This document shows positions 53,531 through 64,000 of a stretch of 64,000 nucleotides of DNA, in pieces. Within the stretch, counting starts at the first letter, position 1. The number at the start of each line of letters is the position of its first letter. The stretch covers positions 5,208,001 through 5,272,000 of the forward strand of contig CM007991.1 in the NCBI GenBank assembly GCA_002189035.1, written 5' to 3'. The DNA is from Utricularia gibba (lineage: Eukaryota > Plantae > Magnoliophyta). The notes below the pieces were generated by a model that made no database searches, was not told the DNA's origin, and saw only the letters and a program-made list of their open reading frames with translations. Both the position numbers and the translations under genes were made by a program.

Positions 53531-56500
53531 ACAAATGTAGGTCCTATAGCTCCTCCTAAACCCTGACTGAACTCTTACCCTATGTGGTTTGTATGTTTTT
53601 GTTCTATGTGTCTTGTGTATTTTCCTTTTCGTATCTATCATTGCATGTATTTTTGTAGTTTTGTGTCTGTTTTAGTAGCTTGAGTATTGCTAAGTATGTT
53701 TAGGAATTCTGGTGGATGCTAGAAATGTAAGATGCCTATCCCTTATTTTTTGTGACGACTTAGTCTTTTTAGTTCCTACCTGCTTAAGAGTTACTTGTGA
53801 ATAGCTTGTAGAGAAGTGCATGCATGCGGCTTGTGTTTTTCTCTATCTACACTAAGACTTACTTGTGAATAGCTTGTATGTGGCTTGCTAGTATGTGGTT
53901 GCGTGGGTTGCACTGAGTTAGACACATAGAACTTGGTTGATACACATAAAAAAATTTTGGATGATAAAAGGCAAGCTCAATTTTAAAAAGTTGATCTATT
54001 TTAAAAAAAAGAAACGAAAAAAAACAAAGAAAAGAAAAGGAATTTAAAAGAGAGGTACAATAGGTGGGTACACTAGAAAAGCGGTGTTTTAAAAATTTTA
54101 GAAAAGAGGAACTTCAGGCTTAGACGCTATGAATTTAGCACTTTCCCTCAACATGCTAGTGGTCTCGCCAACCACTCTAGGAGAAATAAGGATGAATGAA
54201 AGGGAGGGGAATGTGACTAGGTCGTACAAGAAAGTTATCACTCTTCTGTACTCTTATTTAGTATCTCCATGTGCGTCATTTTCATTTTATGTCACACTTT
54301 TTCCATAAGTCTTATGTGTCTTGCAAGGTAAAACTCATACATGCCACAATTTGAATGCTGCTAGTTGCTAGGATCAGGTTAGAACTGGTGCAAAAGTGAT
54401 TTTTGAACACTTGAAGCATGCGAGTAAACTCTATTATCTGTTGAGGAAAAGAAAAGGTTTCCAATTCATGCTATCCATGTAATGAGTGAAGATAAGATGT
54501 AGCAAGTGCGGGTTAGAACAATTTCACTCAACAGACTGAGTCTTAGGTAGTCTTTGTTTTCCTTTTATGTTTTAGACTTGAATGTTTGTGTATGTGTTCT
54601 AGAGACGATCAACTCATTGGAAAATCTTATCTTTTGATGTTTACTTTGAATTGTGATCAAGTTTACATCATTGATAAAATCCTCTACTTGATCTATGTGC
54701 TATAGAAATTATGATGAGATCATAATGTGAGATTCTTCAAGCTACTGTTGTTGATTCTATTTTATGCACTTCCATTTCTGTTGTTGAACATGCTACTGTT
54801 ACTTTCTACGTTTCATGTTTTTGGTTACGTTTATGGTGCTTTAATGGAAACAAGAACTCTCCTGTAGAATTTATTTTAGCTTATGAACTTGTTTATGTTT
54901 GAGTTCTTTAGTCTTTAGTTCTTGATGTTTAATATGTTTACTGTTCCTACGACCCTTCGCCCTATTTTTAAGTATGTTAAAATTGGGTTTAAGACTATAG
55001 GCTCTCTTGAATGATACAAGAGTCATACTCTAGTGTAAAACCAGCCAAGTCACCTCACTTTATATTTTCTATGCTTGTGCACCCCTAAACTTGTTCATTT
55101 CAACTGCTTTTATTTCAAATCTTATATCCCTAAGAGCTAAACCTTAGAAAACCGCCCTGTTTTCAATAACTATAAAGGACTTCGAGAAATTGCAACAATT
55201 CTCTATAGAATCGACCCTTGCTTGCTACACTACATTAATTTCTGTGAATTGTGTAGTGGAATAACTAGGTTTTATAAATTTCTTTTAATGCGTTGAAGAC
55301 GCTAGATTGCGACATTTAGCAAACAAATTCAAACGTTCATAAATACCCAATTTAAGACTGATGACGACCTCCAAATTGTGTCCCCCACTGCTTAGCTTTC
55401 CACAAGGCAAGGCACAAGCTATCTTCCTCTCTTCTCCACTTAGTATACACCAATTTTTTTTTTCCATCAGTGAGGTTGAGGTTAATGAATTTGCTGATGC
55501 GCTGGAAAAAGATGGTTGTTGAGTGTCATTTTGTCACTATATTTGAGGTTCTTTTATGTTTAAATGTAATTAGAGTTGTCAAATTGTGGATTTATGTTAT
55601 TTTATCTAGATTATGATAATTATCTTACTTTATGCATTTTATCTAATATATTAATCTAGTTTTACCTTATGCAGGATCTCATGGTGATAGAGTAGATCTT
55701 CCCAAACTCACATTTCTTTGATTTTCAAAGGATTTTAGATACATAATGATGAGCCTTCATAATGTGATAGAGTAGGAGATCCCTTGCAAGGCACTCAAGA
55801 CCACATTAAAATTTGAGAGGCACAAAAACTTAGACAGGCGAAGTTCACTTTCAGTTTTTTAGTTTTAGTCTTAGTTTTAGACTTAGGTTTTCTCTCTGGA
55901 GGATTTTCTCCTAGCTTCTCTCTAGAACATTGCCTTCATTTTCCTTACTTTATATAGTTGTTCGTGGCTAGAAACCCTTGTTTCGTTAGTTAATGTTACC
56001 CTGAATATTGAACAAATCTATCGAAGTAAGACACCATGTCCATCAAAAAGTAATGCTATTATTAAGTGTCATTTTCTACATATTTATTATGGATTATTAT
56101 GTGTTAATTTAGGATTAAATTGTCCAAATTAGAAGTTATATTAATAAGTATTTCATTTTATTAGAAAAATCTAATTATTGTTATTTGTATATATTTTTCA
56201 TGTACTTTCATCCAAAGTGGCATGAAGTAGTTTTAGAGTGTTACACGAGACTTGCAGGAATCAAGACAATGATATTTCATGACTTGCACGTGACTTGGAA
56301 CCATTATGGGCAGAAGATAGGCACTATTCAGCACCCATGACTTATAGCAAGTCAGAGTTTGTAGTAATAATTAATTGAACAGATGAATAGAGATTATCAG
56401 AGGAATACCATAAACCATCTCTATTTCGGTAATGTTATCACTCTTCTTGTTCAAACATTGTGCTCTAATAAAGTTTATGAGTTAGAGTACTTCCATGTAG

Positions 56501-56639
56501 AAACAAAATTAGCTCCTTTAAATGCACATTTTCTTAAAATTGCTGGCCTGATTCAAGCTTGAGAAGGAGGTTTTGTCTTAAAGTCTCTTGTAGGCCTTTG
56601 CCAGAATGAGGAAAACAAATTAGTGCATTGTAAACATTA

Positions 56640-57537
56640 TTGAACTATCATAGGGTAACTAGAGCGGCTACTACCAATTTTTTGCAACCTATAAAAAAAT
56701 ATCATAAAGATGAACTATCTAGTAATGTTAGACAATCAATGTTGAATGTGCTAGATGGTTCTTGAATAATTCTTCTACATCCAAATTTGTTTTTAATTTA
56801 CAATCTTCTCAAATTGAATATATACTTGCTCTCATTACTAGTGAAAAGACTTTCCATTACCTTGAAAATCATTATCTAAAATTGTCTTATACAACAAAAA
56901 TGCAGCCTGCTTTTATCCCATCTACAAGAAGAAAAGTACTTAGAATAGCATTTGATCAATTAAATGAATAAACATATGTTTAATTTCATCATTTGTATCT
57001 ATAAAATGCATGTTTGGTCTTACTGTTGACTCTTGGGATGGTTGTGATGATGAGGATTATTTGTTTATACTACTTCATAGATTGATAAAAAATGGATAAT
57101 TCAAAAAATAATTTTTCTTTTAGGCCAATCAAATCACCACACACTAATGCACAAATTGCTTCTTTAATTACATATGGATATCTTGAATTTGGGATAAGGG
57201 ATCAAGTATTTTGCATTACACTTGTAATGTCTTCAATAATTATTCTGTAATATTACCTTTAAGATTTTCCATGAGTCCCCCTTTTGATGGAGTGTATTTT
57301 TGTGCAAGTTGTACATGTCATATTTTTAATCTACATGTGTAGAATACTCTTCAATCTTACGAATTTAAAACTCCCCTCACTTTGATACGTAAGATTGTAA
57401 TCAAGCTGAAATTTCTCAACCAAAATGAGATCTTAGCCTTAGACTATGTGAGACTTGAAATGTTAGATGTCAAACATTGAAGTATGATTGTCCCACCTGA
57501 TAGAATTCTACTTTGAAGATTCATTGATAAGCACTAC
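56640..57537 (+). pseudogene. hAT transposase N/central-half remnant
   Basis: Across frameshifts: LTVDSW...WIIQKIIF...SPHTNAQIA...FGIRDQVFCITL...CTCHIFNL...LDVK. Cut by the LTR at 57538. Confidence 0.7.
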
Positions 57538-60520
57538 TGATAACACACAAATTTTCCTATTATTAGAATAAAAAAATTATGCTTTTGAATCATATTTTAA
57601 GTGTTTATCTTATAGTTTTTAGTATTTTACAAAAAATTAGGACATAATGTGATTTTACGTGTTAATGGGCTAAATTCTTTGATTTAGCCCATTCCATGTG
57701 AGAAAAAGAAAATCTAGAATTTAAAGCTTTTGGATGCTCAAATGCAATACATTTCTATGGATGATAAGCAGGAAAATTATGTAGTTTTTTCTGATGGTCA
57801 CACCTCGGATCAAGAAACAATCTGGTTCGAGGAATTCATCTAGAATCCAAAAGAAATCAAAGGGGGGATAATAGGTATTAGTGCTGGGTAAAATCAATAG
57901 AGCCAGGTAGACCTAGTTCTACATATTTTGCATGCGAGTAGTCCTAATTGCAAAATTGGTGATGATATTGAGAACTATCTTAGCCGAAAACATAATAAAT
58001 GACCTAGGTAGACTTGGGTTATTTAGGGTTATGAGTATAAAAATATTGTCAATTGCATTAAGAATCTTAGTACCACATCACCTGCACACCCTTAAGGCAT
58101 CTTAGTATTACTCTGCATTAGAATCAATATCTATTATTTTCAGCATTGAAACTTGATCATATTTACTGAACTTGGTCAGTACTATTAGTTTGAGCTTAGA
58201 CCAAGAACCACTATTATTCCGAATTCTACATCTGATGAAACACTTAGTAACCACAAGCTTCTTGTGATTGACCCTGAATTCTACTTTACATTTTGTATTT
58301 AATTTGTATCTTGTGAGGATTAGGACTTACAAATTTATTTGATATGGAATTCTATTTTTATCCCAACAATATTAGGAATTTCGTTTTATCAAATTGGCAT
58401 CAATGCAAGGGAGCGATGTTCAATTGCTTTGTGTTTTTCGTTGATGCATTTGTGTTCCTTTACTGCAGGGAATTTCGATTTCAATCTTGAGGAAAACCCT
58501 TGCCGTAACCACCCAAATCTGAAAATGGCCGAACATGAAAGGACATTGAATGAATTGGATGTTGCTGATCACAGTTCAAAGAGATTATGTATCAATTTTC
58601 TAGATGATGCAGCAAGTGAACTTAAACCGGCCATAATCAATTTACAACAATTACAACAATTTATACATCATTTAAAAGTGCTAGAGTGATGGAAGAAGCA
58701 ATTTGTTTGAGGGCATTTCAATTTACTTTGGAAGGAGGCGCAAGGATGTGGTTTAATCCCTTGAAGCCAAAAAGCATATCAGACAGGGCTGGCATGAAGA
58801 AAACATGCTTGAGGAAATATTTTCCTGCTTCTAAAGCTGAAGAAATTAGAAAAAAAATCAGTAACATTGAGCAAATGACTAGAGAGTCACTTCATGAGTA
58901 TTGGGAGAGGTTTAGTCAATTGCTTGGATCTTGTCCTCACCATGGTTTTCAATCTGCTTCCTTGGTCAAATATTTCTATGATGGATTAATGTGCATTGAT
59001 TGATCCATGGTTTATTCAGCAGCAAGGGGATTTTATGAGATCATGGATGTTACAGATGATCACAATGAAGATAAAGGACAGAAGATCAATAATCCTCTAT
59101 GGATTTCAATTGGGTCATTCACTAGATTAAGAGCAAGAAAGAATCAAGAAATGCTTAAGGGCCTATGGGCCAATCAACAAAGCTTTCAAGTGTTTGGCAT
59201 GGAATTCAACCTTCTAAAAGTGGACCAACTTGATTAAAGGAGGTCCATTAGTCCCAAATACATTATTACTACTTTTCTTTTGAGTAGGCCCAATCCTTCA
59301 TCTATATAAGAAGGGTCTTGCTCTTGTTTTGGACAACTTTGATTACAATCACTTTTGAGAGCAATGCTTCTTCTTTAAGTTCTTATAGAACTTTAGACTT
59401 ATCAAGTCTTGCTTGTGGTGTCTAGAGTATGGCTTATCACTCTCAATTCCTTCTTTGATTCTGTGAGTATGGTTCCATTTCGTAGTTTGGGTTGCAGGGA
59501 TTTTCAATCCTTAAGGGCCAACTTCTTTTTCTTGAAAGATTGCTTCTTTTGAACTAGGATCTGATTTTCCAATCACTTGTTGATTGGAGGGTCGTATTTA
59601 TTTGAAGAAGAGCATGTGAAAGCTATGGGATATTTGAAGCTCCAATAGAAGAAGAAATATGATCTATATTCAAATACTTACAATCCAGGTTAGAGGGATC
59701 TTCTAAACTTTTGTTAGAGCAACAACGAAAATTCTTACAAGCGGGAGAGCTCAACAATGAGGCAGCAAAATTTCCAAGAGCAAAGATCCTATCAGGCAAC
59801 TCTATTTCAAATACGAAACCAGCAACAGTTTCAAGGCTCAAATGAAGGCAACACTGGAGGGAGTGCTGGAAATTCTTTGGAAGAAATGATGAAAATGTTC
59901 ATGGTGCAATCAACAAGAATTGAAGATGAAAATAGAAAATCTATTAAGAATTTGGAGACTCAATTGAGTCAATTGACACTGGAGCTTGGGGAATTGATAA
60001 AGAAAGAAAAACCAACAACATCATCTTCAAATTCTGATAGAAGATTGAATTGCAGTACCATGACATTGAGGAACAGCAAGGAGAAACCCGACAGAGACTT
60101 AATCCGATCTAAGAATAAGACAGACGAGAAGCAGGAATTTAGTATTGTGGTTAAAGACAAGGAAGAAGTGGTGGTTCATTGGCAACCTCATAAAGTCATT
60201 CAACCTCCATTTCATGAAAAGTTGAAGACAAAAGAAGATCAAAATGAAAAGGGGAAGATTTTGAAGATCTTGAATAAAGCTCAACTTAATTTAATTATTT
60301 AGAATTATATTTCTATGGTGCCAAAAAGTGTGAAATATTTGAAGAACCTTTGCATGTCCAAACCCAAGATGAAGGAAAAATGAAAAGTATTTTTAAGTGA
60401 GAGTCGTTCAACATTACTCACTCAAAAGCTTCCTGAAAAATGCAAGGATCTAGGTACATTTTTCATTCCTTGAAAGATTAGACATTTGAATATCAGGAGA
60501 GTCATGGCTGATATGCTTTA
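57538..60520 (+). mobile_element. Athila-like 5' end: internally deleted 5' LTR (57538-58391), degenerate PBS, gag to protease start
   Basis: TGATAACACAC...TTTATCA then TGGCATCAATGCAAGGGA; gag LRAFQFTLEGGARMWF...KYFPASKAEEIRKKI; YSNTYNPG; ends at RVMAD. Confidence 0.85.
59048..59600 (+). mobile_element. Possible CRM-type LTR fragment replacing part of the gag
   Basis: Encodes NPLWISIGSFTRLRARKNQEMLKGL, resembling the DPL..P.GPITRARAK motif that runs into CRM 3' LTRs; TATA-like CTATATAAG at ~59302. Boundaries and TSD unresolved. Confidence 0.5.
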
Positions 60521-60639
60521 GTATATTTAATCTTCATATCTTCATCTATTTCAATAAAATATATAAATTCAAAACACATTATTAAAATCAATATAAAAAA
60601 CATAACTAATAAAAAATAAATATTAAAAAGAATTGATTA

Positions 60640-61600
60640 CCTGAAGTATCGAATTCCTCCAATCAATGTAATCAATTACATGCACAAATAAGAGATTGCA
60701 CCGTATTTGGAAGAAATCTACTTCTATACTTACTCAAAATATGACTTTCAATACTAAAAGTAGACTTTGAAGCAACTATAGTTATTGAAATACTCAAAAT
60801 ATTTTTTGCCATCACTGCTAATTTAGGAAAAAGATAATTGTTCTTCTTTCAATAATCTAGAACATTCATATCAAGATCATCATCTCTGTTCTCCATATCC
60901 AAATATATATCAAGTTCACATTTAAACTGTCTTTAAAGCTTTGATTCATTTCTTTACAATAAATGAGCTTAGAAGCAGATGTACTTGAAACTTTTAACTT
61001 TGAGCATTGTTGTGCATATAAACTGGAATCTTTCAATATATTTACACTAGATTGATCTGATAATATCTACATTTATTCTTAAGTATGAAATAATCTTCTC
61101 AATATTGTTTTAACTCTATCCACTTTCTCTTCATAAGTATAAGGATCAAGTTTTTCATAGCAATATCTCAGAAATTCCAATTTTGTATTTGGATCAAGAA
61201 CACATTCAAATGCAAGAGTGATATGACACTCATCCCCATACTTATCAAATTTCTCTTCATTCCTAATACCATTTTTTTATCACATCATCTTTGCAACTTG
61301 AAAGTTTTTTTAGCTTCAATTTAATCATTGCTACCCGTATAAAATACAAATTGGAAGTGGAATACTATGATCCTAATATCAAGTTTGTAATCTCATAAAA
61401 TGATCCCAATAGATCAATTTGTACTTCGGTAACCCCATCTTTGCTCACTAGATTCAATAAGGTGAGAAGCCGCCTCAGATCTTCCGAAGTTGCAGAAGTC
61501 ATTATTGCGTCATCACTTCAATTCTACACTCACTGCACCATGAAACAATTGTGGCCAAGTGGGATTGAGCACTATGAAGAGAAACGCCAAAAACACACAG
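60640..61600 (-). pseudogene. hAT transposase C-terminal-half remnant
   Basis: FYEITNLILGS*YSTSNLYF; KFDKY...VLDP; dimerisation domain PKLAVMAKNILSI..VASKSTFS..KYRSRFLPNTVQSLICA. Confidence 0.8.
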
Positions 61601-62962
61601 GAGTTTGTGGGTTTATGTGAACCCAATTTTCCTCTCTGATTTTTACAAAGTGTTTGCAATGTATATGTATACATGGGGTTATTTTGTGCCCCAACTATGA
61701 GGCCAATAGTGTAAATAAACTATATACACAAACTCTTCTCTTGAGTCAGCCTTTTCCTATATTAACCTAAAAACTGATTTTTATCACTTTAGTTGGAATG
61801 AACTTACTTCCTCTCCCTCTTCTAGTTTAACAATCAAGTTTGATTTGCACTTAGCATGGTGTTACACATAACAATGTGTAGCAATGTATCTATCTGACAC
61901 AGTTGATAGGGATCGCCTATGTTTTGACATGACTACATGATTAACTATTTATTCAAAATAGAGTTGGGTAAGGTTATGGGTAGACCTATGACTCATATCT
62001 TTGAAAAAACACATACAAGTTGGGTTAGTATTTGGTGGGTATGCGACCATTTCATGAGTCACATTAGTTGGACCTATAACATGAACTCACTAACAAAATA
62101 TTTATAATTGGACTTATAACACTGAGTCAAAATTGGCTGTTTTTACGTTTTCTCTTCACTTATAGTCATCTCATTTTAATTTTGATTGAGACTATTAATA
62201 TGATTTGAAATAATTTTTCAATTCAGCTTGAATATCATAATCACAACAAAGTTTGATGCCTAAAGTGAAGAAAAAACTTCTTGTGATATTGATATTTCAA
62301 GTGAAGATGACGATGAATTTTTCATTTCAAAAACAATATGCTTCCTTCATTAATTGACACAAACATTTTAATCGCAATAATGAATTAATAAATATATATT
62401 ATCAGTATTATGGCACCAGCTACAATCATGGTAAGGATTGATCTACTTCAAATTTTAAACACCACATTATAAATAAATATAAAGACAAAGCTCGTAACTC
62501 ATCCAGTCAATCAATTCTAATTTAGTGAATGGTAATGTTTCTACTTTTTTCTTTAATATCAATAATGATCAAGGCTATATATATACTTGCATTAATCGCC
62601 AATGAAAAAAAATTTAGAAATAGAAAATCTATTTATAGTGAATTTTTTTTCAATTCTATTTGCAGTTGTTTTAGAAATTCACATAAGTGAAGATATGGCT
62701 AAATTTGCTCCACATGTCTAAGACAGTTACAATTGCAATGAATTAGTTTGAAGAAAAAAAACAGTTTTTCAATCTATGAAATACAAATTTGGGTTAATGT
62801 GTACTGATTGAAATGATATCAATGTTGGATACTATCTAGTTTAATTACTTATCGGATTTATTGTAATAAATTATGTAAATGAGAATCTTTGAGTTTTAAC
62901 CTTTGCATTCCCTACACATAAAGTGCAGAAATTACATGATTTATTACCTTTTAATATGTTGA

Positions 62963-64000
62963 TGTTGTGGTCGAAAATCGGCAATGAGGTGGGGGCCTAT
63001 ATTCGGGTTAGTGGGAAAGCCGAACGTGCAGGATCGGATCTGGATATGCACATTTTGGTTTATAGGAACAAAAATAGATAGGGATTTTAATGTGGAAATC
63101 GTCAAGAAACGGAAAAACCACAGACCTGTTGGGGCTCACCGAAAAATGGTTTCACTAGTCTTGCAATTGGATAATTGCCGATTGTTCTGACATTGCCGTA
63201 ATTTGGCTACTTTTCAAACTGTTCAAAACGGCCGCTATTGGAAAATTCTGACACTTATCGGTCTGCCGGCCTATAGCAATTTGTCTGGATACTTTTTGGC
63301 TCCTTTTCAGTAACCGATTAACCCAACCGATTTTTGACTCCATCATTCAGCCCCTCTAATTTACCTGTATTGGCCTTCTTGCACAAATCGGTGAATCAAA
63401 ATCACGACTGTGCCGATCCCTAACACGCCAATTCCTAGCAGGCTAATCTTCTCTCAACTTAGACTGATCTCCACGTTTTTTTCGCTCATTTTTTGGCACC
63501 TCATTCGACGTGTCGTTTCAACTTTCGAATAAACCCTCCATAAATAAAAACTTTTTCAGTCAGTTTTCTCCTTTACTTCCTCTTTCCGCTCATGAAATTT
63601 CCATGCTTTTCACGCTCTGCTGCATTTTGCCATCACAAGTTCCGCCGGAATCTTCTCTTTTACCAGGTACTCTTCCGTTTTCCACTCTTCTTTTTGTCTT
63701 TGCAAAAATTTTTTGGGAATTTTGAGATTTCTCAACCACTCTTTCCTTTTTTTCATTCTTCTAGGGCCTTTCTGCATCAAATTTCTTAGAATCACAATGG
63801 TTAGGAGGTCTAGCGAACTGATTGTTTCTACAATCCGATCCATATATTCAATCCTAGATGAGTATATTGTAACTCAGGCCAGGGATTCCCTAATTCCCTG
63901 AGGGGTGGGGGAAAGGCCTCTTCCCCATTTAGGCCTCCCCATCCTTATCTAGAAAATGGCCTTCGATTCTCGTTTCATCCTCTAATCGTTCAATTTTTTA
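62963..64000 (-). mobile_element. Tat/Retand-like 3' end: 383-bp 3' LTR (62963-63345), PPT, start of antisense ORF running off the window
   Basis: Homologous to 21215-22450; plus-strand MVRRSSE...YLENGLRFSFHPLIVQF. Confidence 0.8.

Larger units (their letters stand above)
45470..55325 (+). mobile_element. Degenerate Athila-like element: 5' LTR fragment, protease, RT, RNase H, integrase, env-like ORF, 3' LTR fragment
   Basis: DQGDSINMMP; LKPLPSHLKYAF; MPFGLCNAP..FIDDF; TDASNYVVGAVLGQ; [20 protein letters not shown]. 46040-46210 matches 54750-54915; LTR ends ...GCAAACA at 55325. Confidence 0.85.

Overview
Plant (angiosperm) nuclear DNA. Three compact intron-containing genes sit in a matrix of decayed transposons: a serine carboxypeptidase-like gene (3532-5633 +, 10 exons, 478 aa), a class VIII myosin (6834-12645 +, 23 exons, ATM1-like), and a TPT-domain nucleotide-sugar/sugar-phosphate transporter (33576-31297 -, 9 coding exons, 377 aa, At3g17430/At1g48230-like). 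I built the gene models by hand from GT-AG sites and checked exon phases. The myosin has one frame break in exon 19 (one C short at ~11200) and a basic KRK insertion in the cardiomyopathy-loop region. Almost everything from 12.9-30.6 kb and 37.5-64 kb is nested, rearranged TE debris: Athila-like, Tat/Retand-like, Ty1/copia, a possible CRM-like LTR and hAT transposase remnants. Four solo LTRs have recoverable 5-bp target-site duplications. I found no rRNA, tRNA, CRISPR array or recognisable miRNA. I see no convincing evidence of a wholly new biological system; the best leads are the two myosin anomalies and several unusual TE architectures. All homology calls come from recalled motifs, not database searches.
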